Positions 12,329 through 24,363 of a stretch of DNA of 64,000 nucleotides are shown here, piece by piece. The notes beneath the pieces were generated by a model. It did no database searches and had not been told where the DNA came from. It saw only the letters and a program-made list of their open reading frames with translations. Numbering within the stretch: position 1 is the first letter of the stretch; the number at the start of each line of letters is the position of its first letter. The DNA is from Emiliania huxleyi CCMP1516 (lineage: Eukaryota), in the NCBI RefSeq assembly GCF_000372725.1, contig NW_005202427.1, positions 863,581-927,580 on the forward strand, read 5' to 3'. Both the position numbers and the translations under genes were made by a program.

Positions 12329-13984
12329 CCTAGCTCCGGCGGCGCCAAGCGCGGCGGCGGCGCCGGCGCCGGCAGCACTCGCCCCGCCGGCGGCGCCGAG
12401 CGCGTTGAGCTCGGAGGCGTAGTTCTCCTTGAACTGGCGGAGCAGCGAGCGGAGGAGCGCATTCGCCTCCGAGATGGCGCGCGGGTCCGACACCTGTGGG
12501 AGATTGCGGGGGAGATTGCGAGAGATGGCGCGAGGTTGTGGGAGATGGCGCGCGGGTCCGACACCTGCTCGTACTGGCGCGAGTAGATCTCGGCTCATCT
12601 CGGCTCATCTCGGCTGATCTCGGGCCTATCTCGTGCCGCAACACCTGCTCGTACTGGCGCGAGTACAGCTCACGCACCAGCATCGACACCGGCGCCACCA
12701 CGTAGTACGACAGGAAAGAGGCCGCCGCCGCGCCGGCCTCGCGCGCCGTGCGGCGCAGCAGCGGCAGCAGCGCGTCGGGGCGGTACATCGAGTGCAGAAG
12801 CACGGCGCCGCCGCCCGCCGCCGCGGCGCAGTAGCCTGCGCGGTGAGGACGCCGACGTCGGGGCGGGGGCGTGCGGTGTTGTGCAGTGTACTTCAGAGCA
12901 CCGCGTGGATACGAGGGATGCGAACACACAGTGAGTATACCGGACTGCGGCGGAGCACAGCTGAGTGCGTGTCCTCTCGAGCGCCGGTCGGAGCATACGG
13001 GTGCGTGCTCCGCTCCGAGGCGCGGAGATGTGGGGAGGTGTGGGGGGAGATGTGGGGAGGTGTGGGGGGAGAGTCTCTCGCTTCTAGGCGCCGGTAGCCG
13101 AGCCAGTTCGNNNNNNNNNNNNNNNNNNNNNNNNNNNNNNNNNNNNNNNNNNNNNNNNNNNNNNNNNNNNNNNNNNNNNNNNNNNNNNNNNNNNNNNNNN
13201 NNNNNNNNNNNNNNNNNNNNNNNNNNNNNNNNNNNNNNNNNNNNNNNNNNNNNNNNNNNNNNNNNNNNNNNNNNNNNNNNNNNNNNNNNNNNNNNNNNNN
13301 NNNNNNNNNNNNNNNNNNNNNNNNNNNNNNNNNNNNNNNNNNNNNNNNNNNNNNNNNNNNNNNNNNNNNNNNNNNNNNNNNNNNNNNNNNNNNNNNNNNN
13401 NNNNNNNNNNNNNNNNNNNNNNNNNNNNNNNNNNNNNNNNNNNNNNNNNNNNNNNNNNNNNNNNNNNNNNNNNNNNNNNNNNNNNNNNNNNNNNNNNNNN
13501 NNNNNNNNNNNNNNNNNNNNNNNNNNNNNNNNNNNNNNNNNNNNNNNNNNNNNNNNNNNNNNNNNNNNNNNNNNNNNNNNNNNNNNNNNNNNNNNNNNNN
13601 NNNNNNNNNNNNNNNNNNNNNNNNNNNNNNNNNNNNNNNNNNNNNNNNNNNNNNNNNNNNNNNNNNNNNNNNNNNNNNNNNNNNNNNNNNNNNNNNNNNN
13701 NNNNNNNNNNNNNNNNNNNNNNNNNNNNNNNNNNNNNNNNNNNNNNNNNNNNNNNNNNNNNNNCGCACCCACCGTGCTCAGCCACTGCCGCTGTATTCGC
13801 TGTGCTCGCCGCCCTCGTACTCACGCGGTGCTCTGAAGACACTGCTCAGTACCCGCACCCCCGCCCCCGAGGTTGGCGTGTTGTCACCGTAGGACGGCGA
13901 CCACCTTCTCTCGCGCGACGACCTTGCGCGCTACGGTGGCCACGCTCTCTCCCGCAGAGCCATCGACCGCATCTGCACTCTCTA

Positions 13985-14029
<45 letters not shown>

Positions 14030-16125
14030 AGGCGGAGGCGGAGGCGGAGGCGGAGGCGGAGGCGGAGGCGGAGGCGGAGGCGGAGGCGGAGGCGGAGGCG
14101 GAGGCGGAGGCGGCGGCGGAGGAGGAGGCGGCGGCGGCGGAGGCGGAGGCGGAGGCGGAGGCGGAGGCGGAGGAGGCGGCGGAGGCGATGGCGGAGGCGG
14201 AGGCGGAGGCGGAGGCTGAGTTTGCGATGCGAGGCGGCGGCGGAGAGTGGGAGTGTGGCCGTGAGAGTGGCGTGTGGCTCGGCCGGTGCCTCCGCCGCAT
14301 ACTGCGCCAGGTCTAGCCGAGATCTCCCCGAAATTGCAATCTCGCCGCTCTACCTCGGCCGCGTACTGCGCCATCAGGCCGTTGATCGCGGCGATGGCGA
14401 GGCGGGAGGCGCCGCCGGCGGCCTCGAGGGAGGGGGCGTGGTGGATGCGCGAGAGCCGGTGGCGCAGCAAGCCGACGTGAGACGCATGCCGGTAGTGCAG
14501 AGCCGTGAGGCGAGACAGGGCGAGCGGCGGCGGAGGTGACTCGGAGGGCAGCGCCGGCGGCACCGCCGCGCTCGCCGCCGCTATCCTGGCCAGCCAATTG
14601 CGAGGGCCGCGCCAGAGCTGGTGGCGCAAGGGGTGCCGCGCCTGACAGCCGACAGCCGGGGTACAGCTGAGGTACAGCCGAGATGCGGCCGAGGTACAGC
14701 CGAGGCACAGCCGAGGCACAGGTACACTCACCTGGCGGGACCACCACTCGCGCGCACGCGACACCTTGAGGGGCGAGAGGGGCGAGAGGGGGGGGGGGGG
14801 AGGTTCAGGTCAGTGGGTGGGCGAGGGCGGTGGGGGGGCGAGGGGTCTGGGTGGCTCAGCGAGGACTTGTGTGCGCCTTGAAGGTCCAGGAAAGGGGCAG
14901 GAAAGGGGCAGGAAAGGTCCAGGAAAGGGGCAGGAAAGGGGCAGGAAAGGGGCAGGAAAGGGGCAGGAAAGGGGCAGGAAAGGGGCAGGAAAGGTCCAGG
15001 ACTGGGTGCGCCTTGAAGGCCAGGTCGAGCAGGGCCAGAAGCCACCAGTCGAGCAGCGCCAGGCAGACGCGCGTGCAAATCGCGTGGCGCAGCGACTCGA
15101 GCGCCGCAGCCGTCGCACCGTCCTTGGCCAAGCCTTCCCCTCCGCCTCCCTCGCCTCCCTCGCCTCCCCCTCCTCCCTCGCCTCCCTCGCTGCCCTCCCC
15201 TCCGCCCTCCCCTCCGCCCTCCCCTCCGCCGTCCGCCTCATCGCCCTCCTCGAGGAGATCGCTCAGGTTGGAGAGCTCGAGCAGGTTGGTGGCCTGACCA
15301 GGGACGACGCGGGAGGGGAGAGAGGAGGGCTCGGACCAGAGGCGGGGATTCTCGGACCAGAGGCGGGGAATCTCTCGGCCCTCTCTCGGCCACCTCTCGG
15401 CCCTCTCTCGGCCACCTCTGCCATCCCTCTGCCATCTCTCTGCCATCCCCTCGGCCATCCCTCACCGATCCGAGCATCGTCCCGATGGAGGCGGGCAGGA
15501 TGGTGCTCAGCGTGCCCAGAGATAGGCGCCGCCGCAGCGTCTAAGAGAGAGGCGCGAGAGTGAGCCGAGAGGCGGACGCCCGGTGAAAGAGGGAGAGAGG
15601 CGCAAACGCAGCCGCCTGCAGCGGGCTGCGCGGCAGCGCCCAGCCGGGCTGGCTACCCGAGGCGGAGGAGGAGGAGGACAGCTCTCGGAGGGGAAGGCCG
15701 CGGGGCGAGCCGGTCCGCTGCTCCTCGGCCGTCAGCACGGAGAACCACCCTCCTCCGCCGACGACGGACGGGGAGGGCCGGAGCGGCGACAACCAACTTC
15801 GGAAGCCCGCCCTGCCGCCGTCAGCGCCACACCCGTCGGCGCTGCCGTCGCTCGCGGCGGCGCCGAAGCTGGCGGAGCGCGAGCACGCCGGCCGAGGCGA
15901 CGCGGCCTTGGCGGCGACGCGTGCGGTGTGCCGCTCCTCGACCAGCGACCACCGCTCGAGCAGGTCGATGACGGCGTCCGGCGACTCTGGCACCGGCTCG
16001 GTCGCGAGCGAGTGTAGGCTCCAGAAGAGGACCGACTCGAGCTTGCTGGCCGAGGCTGGCGGGTAAAGCGGCAGGTGGCGAGCAAGGTCGTCCGAGGCGC
16101 GTGCGGTGGCAGCAAAGCCTTCCAT
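10451..16125 (-). CDS. NCA2: NCA2/DGS1-like mitochondrial membrane protein (multi-exon, interrupted by a gap)
   Basis: Spliced C-terminal peptides FEQQMQSPVYSMARGPLLQLLLIQTQYMRRELLVQMGAMDTLMAQNSLTATMSAMLPG and EDCADLESDTFDVHHKMLILQRMYR resemble the NCA2 domain. Candidate ATG at 16125 (MEGFAATAR); start is uncertain. Confidence 0.72.
12836..13098 (-). mobile_element. Introner-like repeated intron, copy A (NCA2-like gene)
   Basis: GC donor GCTACCGGCGC-CTAGAAG...GAGAGGACACGCACTCAGCTGTGCTC...CACGCGGTGCTCTGAAGTACACTGC...CGCAG. Splicing restores NWLG/YCAA. Confidence 0.75.
13111..13763. other. Assembly gap
   Basis: Run of N. Confidence 1.
13764..13892 (+). mobile_element. Introner-like repeated intron, copy D (3' part only; 5' part lies in the gap)
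   Basis: CCCTCGTACTCACGCGGTGCTCTGAAGACACTGC...GAGGTTGGCGTGTTGTCACCGTAG ends at acceptor AG 13891-13892. Confidence 0.72.
13893..13987 (+). CDS. Orphan exon resembling the EF-hand region of a PP2A B'' (PR72-type) regulatory subunit
   Basis: Translates DGDHLLSRDDLARYGGHALSRRAIDRICTLY directly after the acceptor, then runs into (GGC)n. Confidence 0.6.
13988..14216. repeat. (GGC)n/(GGAGGC)n microsatellite
   Basis: Seen directly. Confidence 0.98.
14882..15000. repeat. Intronic 11-bp tandem repeat (GGAAAGGGGCA)n
   Basis: Seen directly. Confidence 0.95.
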
Positions 16126-16883
16126 ATATGTACGTGTACAGATGTGGTGCGCACGAGCTCGTCGCCGCGCCACACCTTGACGGCCTTGTCGCCCGAGCCA
16201 GTGAGGACTTGGCCGTCGTCCGCCGCCGCCTGGTTGGTGTGCCCGCGGCGCGTGAGCGTCGGCGAACAACCGGCCCACTCTTCACAGCACACTGGCACGA
16301 CAAGGGCGCAGACTGGCGCGGACTGGCACACACACCACCGGAGCCGCCTAAGGGGCAACTCCGTGCACTGACGGTCGGCCGTCAGAAACCACGCCTGCGT
16401 GGATCGCGTCACACCAATCCTCGCTACCCAACGCGGCCAAAGGATATCCACCTCGCCCGACTGCGACATGGCCCGCGGGTGGCACACGCCGCGAACCTCC
16501 ATCCGCGTCTTTTTTTTATGGCGCGGACCCGCGGCGACCTCGGGAGACGGACGGGACTCGGCGACGCGGTGTTTCGGGTGTCTGTCGCGCCCGAGTGTCC
16601 TGTCGTGGCACGTGGGATCGGTCTTCGGAGTCCACGCGCGGAGATCGTGTTTTTAGGGTTTTGAGTAAGCTTGAGCTTGTCGGATTCACATATGCATGAG
16701 AAATGAGAAGTCTCGCGCCACCTCACAACCTGAACATGTGGATGAGAGACTGAGAAAAGATCTCAGAGGGACCGCCGCACGCCAGCGGTCGCGGCCACGA
16801 CCGCTGGCCGCTCCACAAAATGCTCCCCGCGCGGAGCAGCCCCCCCGCCCCCCGCCGGTCAAGCTGAGCTCCACCGCCCGTGC

Positions 16884-19800
16884 TCACTCGCCCTTGAGCA
16901 CCGCCGTCGGGGGTGAGAAGCCGCAGTCCGCCGGTGGTCCTGCTGTCCGCTGCGGCAGCCTGTCCACGCACGCGCGAAAGGCGTCGAGCCCTGCCTGCTG
17001 CAGCTGCAGCAGCTGCTCCATCTTTGCGCCTACACCTCGCCCCCGCCGCCGGTGAGGGGCCTGGGTGGACCCGAAGGGGCTGACCGCCTCTCGGGGAACC
17101 TCGGGTGCTCTCCGCGTGCGGTGTCCCGCGCGTCCCGCGCAAGCTCGGGCAGGCTCGGGGAATCTCGGGGAATCTCGGGGAATCTCGGGGAATCTCCGCG
17201 CGCCGTCCCACGCGTCCGCGAGTTCGCCGCTGTTGATGGCGTCGACCCAGCGGTGAAGGAGGCACTTGAGCTCTGCACTCAGCTCGAAGTTGGCAAACCT
17301 GCAGTGTGTGTGAGAGTGAGCGGGCAAACCGTGAGAGTAAGTTGGCAAACCTGCAGTGTGTGTAGTGGAGGGGCAGGTAGTAGCGTGGGTGCTGCGTTCA
17401 GCAGCGTCGGAATGCGAGGGCTTCACTCTAAGGCCTGTCGAAGGGCTACGAGCCCGAGGCCCCGCGCGCGCGCACGGCTTGTCTACAGCCGAGCGCGCGT
17501 CGTAGCGAGCGCTCGTTGCAGTGCGGGGGGGGGGGGGGAGGGGCGTCGTCGACTCCCCGCATCTACCTCTGCAGACAGCAGGAACGGCTTTGCGCGGCAC
17601 TCGGCTCGCACGAACCGCTCGGCCTCGGGAGGCATCCCCGTTGTCGAGCCTGGCGAGGACGTGTCGTGGACGTGTCGTTGACGTGTCGCTTCGTGGACGT
17701 GTCGCGGACGTGTCGTGGACGTGTCGTTGACGTGTCGCTTCGTGGACGTGTCGCGGACGTGTCGCGGGCGTGTCGTGGGCGTGTCGCGGGCGTGTCGTGG
17801 GCGTGTCGTGGGCGTGTCGTGGACGTGTCGTGGACGTGTCGTGGACATGTCGTGGACATGTCTCGCAAGAGGAGCGTGGCGCGGTTCGGCGACGGTGGCA
17901 ATGCTCGGCGACGGCGGCTCCGCTCACCGAACCAGACGACCCGCTGCGGCAGCTTCTGCAGGTCGGCGCGGCTCAGTCCGAAGACGCCCGAACACGGGCT
18001 CCAGTAGAGCGGCTCCATCGAGCCTACCCGGCTCAACCGGCTCGGCTCCTCTCGGCTCCTCTCGGCTCCTCTCGGCTCCTCTCGGCTCCTCTCGGCTCCT
18101 CTCGGCTCCTCTCGGCTCCTCTCGGCTCCTCTCGGCTCCTCTCGGCTCCTCTCGGCTACAGCGGCTGCATTGAGCCTCGCGGTCCGATGAGCTGTGGGGC
18201 GTTGTGGCACGGCCATCCGGCATCTACATGCCATCCGACCGGAGCGGCGCACGTTGCCCGTCAGCGGCGCGGTCGTCATGGTTTGCCACTTTGGGAGCGG
18301 GTCGAACGGGCTCCGCGGGGGCATAAACATCGGGCAGCACGAGAAGGGCAGGATGTCGTCGAGCCTGCGCAGGGTCGCGGAAGGGTCTCGGAAGGGTCTC
18401 GGAAGGGTCTCGGAAGGGTCTCGGAAGGGTCTTGCGAACGGCAAGATCTCGGCCAGATCTCGGCCAGATCTCGGCCAGATCTCTCGGTCGGGGCTGTCTC
18501 GCAAGATACACGCGCGCCAGAGGTCGTAGAGCGACACCGCCGTCAGAAGCTGCAGCAGGGTGTACAGCGCGGCCGGCAGCAGCCAGAGCGGCTCGTGCCT
18601 ACGTGCGCTTACACCAACATCAGCGTATTGTGTCTTCAGAGCACCGCGCGAATACGAGGGAGGCGACTACAGTGAAAACCCAGCCGAGTACGGTCGAGGA
18701 CAGTTGAGTCCGTATCCTCTCGATCGCTAGGTGGAGCACAAGAATCCGTCTTCTAGCGGCTCATGCTCAAAGGCGTGGCGCAAGTCGGCGGAGAGGAGGG
18801 AGGAGAGCGGGAAGGCAAACACGAGCAGCGAGGCGGACCAGAACGACACGAAGTCCAGCCCTTGCAGCCACAGGATCCCGGCGTGGAAGGCGAGGCCGTG
18901 GGCGCACCAGAGCGGCGAGAGGCGTCCGCTGAAGGGAGCCACGGCGAAGGAGAGCTCGAAGAGGAGGGCCCCGCTGGCGAAGATCGTGAGGAGGCGCGGC
19001 GACTTGACCAGCCGCCACTGCACCGACCGCGTCAGAGCCTGAGAGAACAAGCGTCTCCACCTCCCCAGGAGCTGGCGAGCCGCCACGGCACTACCACTGG
19101 CGTGTCAGGCGCCGAGTCGGCAGGCCGGGACCACATGCCCTCGAGAAAGTAGTGCTGGAGGGAGGTGCCTATGTGCATCGTAGGTAGTCGGCAGGCCGGG
19201 ACCCCACACGCTCGAGAGACAGCCGTGCTGCAGCGAGGTGTCGAGGTGCCGAGGCCCCAGTAGCGGCGGAAGCGGAACGAGCAGAGCACCTTCGCGACGC
19301 CGGACGAGACGTACCCGGACGCGAGGTACACTCGCAGCAGCTGCACGGCGGGCGGGCGCGCGGGGTGAGACGACGCGAGCACTGGAGAGGGCGGCGGTGC
19401 GGCAGTGGCGACAGCTAGAGAGCGTCCGGAGACTGCCGAGGATGGCTCTGGCACGCGGGAGGCGGGCGACTGGAGGAGGGGCCCGGGAAGTTCCCGGAAG
19501 CCTCCTCCGGGAGGCCACCTGCAGAGGCCACGGAGGCGGAGGCGGCGACGGCGGCGAGGCGGCCGCGTCGAGTGAAGGGGCGCAGGCGAGCAGCAGCAGC
19601 ACGGCGGGCACCAGGATCGGGTTGTGCCCCGACAGGGTCGCCTCGGCGTAGAGCTGCGGAAAGTAGAGCAACGAGAGCGCAAAGGCGCCGAATAGGAACG
19701 GCCGCGGCGCGAGCGGGGCGAGCGACGCGAGCAGGCAGGCAGTGAAGGCGACGCCGACGGCACGCATCTGCAGCGGCGTGAGTGCAGGCGGTGTGATGAT

Positions 19801-19974
19801 GCCGTACAGCTTGCTGGGATGCGCTCCCAAGCCTCGCTTTGACGCCAGCCCGATGCCGCTGCTGTGGAACCACGTGTAGAAGAGCTGGTACTGACTCGAG
19901 CTGGTGAGCATCGAGAGGATCAACCAGCCGCAGTAGCATAGCTGAAAGGCTCTCACAGGGTCCTCGGGGAGCAT
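16884..19974 (-). CDS. HTTM-like (vitamin K-dependent carboxylase-related) multipass membrane protein, multi-exon
   Basis: ATG 19974 MLPEDPVRAF. Exons read WPLQ/LLRVYLASGYVSSGVAK, GALLFELSF...GLAFHAGILWLQGLDF, ILPFSCCPMF, ending ...AVLKGE* at 16884. Confidence 0.68.
17656..17862. repeat. Intronic 11-bp tandem repeat (GGACGTGTCGT)n
   Basis: Seen directly. The same unit recurs on the opposite strand at ~33690-33865 and ~45990-46040. Confidence 0.95.
18040..18157. repeat. Intronic 10-bp tandem repeat (CTCGGCTCCT)n
   Basis: Perfect array seen directly. Confidence 0.97.
18599..18766 (-). mobile_element. Introner-like repeated intron, copy B (HTTM-like gene)
   Basis: GC donor GCATGAGCCG-CTAGAAGACGGATTCTTGTGCTCCACC...GGTGCTCTGAAGACAC...GTTGGTGTAAGCGCACGTAG. 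Splicing restores HAFE/HEPLWLL. Confidence 0.85.
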
Positions 19975-20087
19975 GCTGTCCTCCGCGGAGATGGGACGCG
20001 GGTGGATGCGATTGGGCAGCGACTCGTGGCTGCACCGTCGCCAGCACTCGTTCGCCGCGGAGACTAGTCGTGGAGGAACATCTCACT

Positions 20088-20416
20088 TCACAGCCTTGTT
20101 ATTGAGAAGAAAATACCTCGTATGGCGCTGTGTGCTGGTCTGTGAGAGGTTGAGGTGCGAGCCCTGGAGGCCCTGGGGATGGGGGGGGACTACCCGCGGG
20201 CTTAGAAGGCCCGCGCGCAGGGGGGTGGGGCATCTTTCACAGATAGGTTGATAAGAAACAAGATCAAGAAGCTCACACAGCCTTGTTATTGAGAAGAAAC
20301 TACCTCCCATGGCGCTGTGCGCTGGTCTGTGAGAGGTTGAGGTGCGAGCCCTGGAGGCCCTGGGGATGGGGGGCGACTACCCGCGGGCTTAGAAGGCCCG
20401 CGCGCAGGGGGGTGGG
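20088..20416. repeat. Tandem duplication of a ~140-bp unit (period ~187 bp)
   Basis: CACAGCCTTGTTATTGAGAAGAAA...GCGCAGGGGGGTGGG at ~20088-20229 and ~20276-20416. Confidence 0.93.
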
Positions 20417-23281
20417 ACTCTGGGACATTGAGACCGGTCATGCAGAGAGAGATTTTTAGCAATACCAAACAACTCTAACACTCACACGTAATTTGGGGCC
20501 TGTTTTTGTGTTTGTCATGCATGAATGAGTGCGCGACACGCATGTTGCGAGCAGCGTTGTTGATGTTTCACACAAAAACACAACCACGGACCCAAGACGC
20601 ATCCTTCACAGCTTCTTTTCAAAAGAGAATTTTTCAATACAAGTCTTGTACGTCTGTGTGCTGTGTGGTGCACGCCCTCCGAGCGCGAGAGAAGGCCGAC
20701 TTATCAGCTGGTCGGCCGCCATTCGGGCCTCCCAGCCTGCTGCGGCGGCGCGGCCGGTCGAGGCCGGGCTCGGCCCGGCCCGCGACGGCTGGCCGCCGAC
20801 GAGCGCGCTCGCGCTGCTCGTCAAGATGGCGGCGGTGGCGATTGCGGCGACAAAAGTTCAGGCGTACAGCGCTCAGGCGCCTGTCGTCTTTCGTCTTTTG
20901 TCGCATTTCGCACACGCGCACGCCGCGCGACCCGCGTCGCTCCGCGAGGGCATGAGCCTTCCGCGATTCGATCCCGCAGCCAAAAGCTGCTCGCTCGAAC
21001 CGCGGCCGACTCTGCCATCGCGGCCGCAGCTGTCGAGCTCTCCAGAAAACTGGTGCCTCATATGCTGCCTCCCTGCGGATGCTGCCGGCGAGCCTGGCGG
21101 TCCGCTGTACAAGGAAGTGCTGACTCGATGCCCCCCCCGCAATCTTCTACCCCCACGACTCGGAACACGAATGTGACAGGACCATCGGGTCCTTCAGCCA
21201 CCAAAGCGGGATCACCCGAGAGCAGCTGAGCCTGCCTCTGGCCTCGCCTCCCTCTCCTTCAGGCATTCGTGGCATCCTATGGGTCGTCCAGAGTACGTGG
21301 CTGGGTCCACAGCGCCTCACTGGCACTATTGTAGCCCTGGCCGGTGCGCGTGCGGAGTTGAAGTTCCGGAGTGAAAATTCAAACGCGTTCTCTCACGGTG
21401 ACCAAAAAATGTCCACCTCAGAGGCACCTCCGGAGGCAGGCCGCCGCACGCCGGCGACACAGCTCCAGCTGTCGAAATGACCCGCAGCTCCTCTCAGAGC
21501 GGGAACTGTGACGAAAGTTGACTGAGGCGGTTGTCAGGAATCATCATACGAATCACATGGTGGCTTTCTCATGACAGGAGACCGCCCGACCACTCCTGGG
21601 TGGCACTGCCACCGGTGTCGCTCGACGTCCTGTCGACAGCGTGCCGACAGCGACACAGACCATGTGGGACGCGCCGAGTATCGACCTCTACTGCTTACCC
21701 AGCCTTCGAGTGTATCCTGGCTGTGGTCCCACACCCACTGGTGTCCATCTCAGAGACCGCAGGAGGTCATGAGGGTCGATGGGAGAGCCAACCCCACAAT
21801 GCCTAAAAACCCAGCCCAGTATCGACCTCTGGCTTGTCAGTCGCTATGTGGTGTGTGGTGCACGCCCTCCGAGCGGGGCGGGGTAGTCTGCCCGTCTGGT
21901 TGTCGCCCACCTCTCCAGGAGAAAGGCTGCTCTATTTTTTTTATTATGTGACCGTGTCATGTGTGTGTCCGCCAATTTGTTCTACGGTCTCTCTTTCGCT
22001 ACGTGTTCAACGTCGTGTTGAACAGTGTTCAACACCACGGCGCTGTTCACAGCGCGCGCGGACGGCCGATCTGAGAGTCTCCCTCCGCTGGACTTTTGTA
22101 AAGCATGCTTGTGGCAAGTTATGGACGCTAGTATCGACCTCAGAGACCCAAACCCGAATTAATAATTAAGGCTCAAAGTATGGTTGAACAACCGTTGAAC
22201 AAACAGGTTGCACAACGAAAAGAGACTAGTGCGACCGCTAGACGGCGGTTCCCGCCGGCCCCAAGGCTGCCCAGCCCCAGTACCACACCGGCCACATACA
22301 CCGTGGCGCTGGAGTCGGTCAGTGAGGCACTAGACGGGCTACGGAACCATGCGCGCGCCGGCCGGACAGGCTGCGCGCAGGGGCCGCGCCGCCTCGATTT
22401 CGCACCTCCGCTCCGCGGCCGGCTGAGGGGCTAGCTCGCCCGGCGACAAGCCCAGCCATCGCCCAGCGCCCCGTATCGACGGGGGGCACGCAAAAAAACC
22501 GCACCTACGACTAGGGTGAGCCCGTGAGGGCGTCGGTGTGGGCCGCGGGCGGGCTGCCAGGAGGGCGCGGGTGGGAGCATGGGAGATGCACCACCGCTCG
22601 ACGAAGACGCGCCCGACGAAGCCCTGCTTGCGGAGGATGGTCGATCCTCGCCTACTAGTGTCGGGCGTGTGCGAAAAAGAGCGCAAATCGGAGCTCAACT
22701 CGCGCGCGGCTGGGAAAGGGGTGCCACACCCCTCCGAAGGCGCCTCGCGAGGAGCTGCTGCTGCCCCCAAACGCGCGCTCGGGCAGCACGTCGGCGCGCC
22801 TGCGGGGTTGGGGAGGTGAAACTATGCTTGCTGGCACGCGCATCCCGCACCACCCCCACGTCCGCGCGCACCATGCCGCCATCCCACCTCACAGCCAAGC
22901 GCCATCGCCGTCGGACGCGGCGACGCCGAGCGGTGGCCTCGCAGACGACGAGCGCGATGAGGCCGCCGCGCCGCCGGGGTGGCCGGCGCGTGCCAGCCGC
23001 TGGCCCGTCCAGCGTGGCGGGACCGGCTCGCCCATCCTGGCCCGCGCGCTTGCCGACGCGAGAAGATCGCGCGAGAGGGCAAAATGTGGCAAAATGGCCC
23101 TGTTTGCCAACCCCTCGACGAATTCACGTCGGAACGAGTCGGATCGACGACTCGCCGCCTGCACCAGCGTGTGCGCCTTGCAATTCTATACAGAATCGAT
23201 ACTTGGTACGTTTTCTGAATCGCTCGTGGAGAGGTCTACGTACTAATCTTAAGTGTACATGTACTAATCTTAAGTGTACAG

Positions 23282-24134
23282 GCGAGTTCGTCGACCGCTT
23301 CCTGCGAGCAGCGCCGGGGCAGCGGCGCGGCGCGGCGGGCGGCGGCGCGGACGGCGGCGTGGGCGGCGGCGCGGGCGGCGCGGCGGACGGCGCGGACGGC
23401 GCGGTGGGTGACGCGGCGGAGGGCGCGGCGGAGGGCGCGGCGGAGGGCGCGGCGGAGGGGGTGCGGATCGGCTACTTGGCGCAGCACGGCCTGTTCGAGC
23501 AGTTCCCGCGGCCAATACTAATTCTAATACTAATACTAATACTATTGCTGGTATGAGTATCACCCAGGCCTGTTCGAGCAGTTCCCGCGGCCAATACTAA
23601 TTCTAATACTAATACTAATACTATTGCTGGTATGAGTATCACCCAGGCCTGTTCGAGCAGTTCCCGCGGCTTCGGCGCGACTGTGAGGTGCCGGCGGCGT
23701 GCGGCGTGAGCCGCGGGTGCGTACTGATACTAATGCTAATGCTAATGCTAATACTAATACTCATTCAGGTCGTCGGCTACAAGCTCGTGCGCCTCTACGA
23801 CGCCGCGCAGACGCCGCTGCTCTGCCCGCGCGCGGCGGGCGGCGGCGGCACCGACGCGCAGGGCAACGTGAGCGCGGTCGACGTGGAGAAGCCCGACCTG
23901 CTAATACTAACACTAATCGTGTACCAATACTAGTCTTAAGCGGATGAATACTAATCTTAGTAAAAAGTACAGGTCGACGTGGAGCAGCCCGACCTGCGCC
24001 GCTTTCCCGAGTTCGCGCGCGCGCGCTGCGCGGCGGTGGTGCTCGGGCCGGGCGAGGGCCTCTTCATACCCGCGGGGTGCTGGCACCACGTGCGGAGCCT
24101 GACGCCAGCCTTCAGCGTCAGCTTCTGGTTCTGA
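23282..24134 (+). pseudogene. JMJD5: JMJD5/KDM8-like JmjC protein, C-terminal exons only; HxD segment not found
   Basis: [71 protein letters not shown]. Introns at 23489-23646, ~23717-23768 and 23877-23972. Confidence 0.75.
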
Positions 24135-24331
24135 GGTCCGGTCCAGCTTCGCAAGTCGAGACTCTAAGAGAGACAAGGACAAGGCATCAAGAGTAAGGTA
24201 AGGTAAGGTAAGGTAAACTTCTCCACACACACGAGGTGGTGGGGCAAGGGGGGGCAACCCTCGCGTCTCCACGTCTGACGACAGGAGCCCCACGGCATTC
24301 AAAGTGCAAGGCCCAGTGCGCGTGGGTGAGC

Positions 24332-24363
<32 letters not shown>

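Noticed and set aside
12330..14539. ORFs containing X runs or poly-Arg/poly-Ala
   Set aside because: Artefacts of the N gap and the (GGAGGC)n microsatellite.
16130..16270. WD40-like peptide (VLTGSGDKAVKVWR) on the minus strand
   Set aside because: Single isolated repeat with no supportable gene model.
18750..18760. CTAG terminus of the introner-like family as a Helitron 3' end
   Set aside because: No convincing subterminal hairpin, and Helitrons do not make the flanking duplications seen here.
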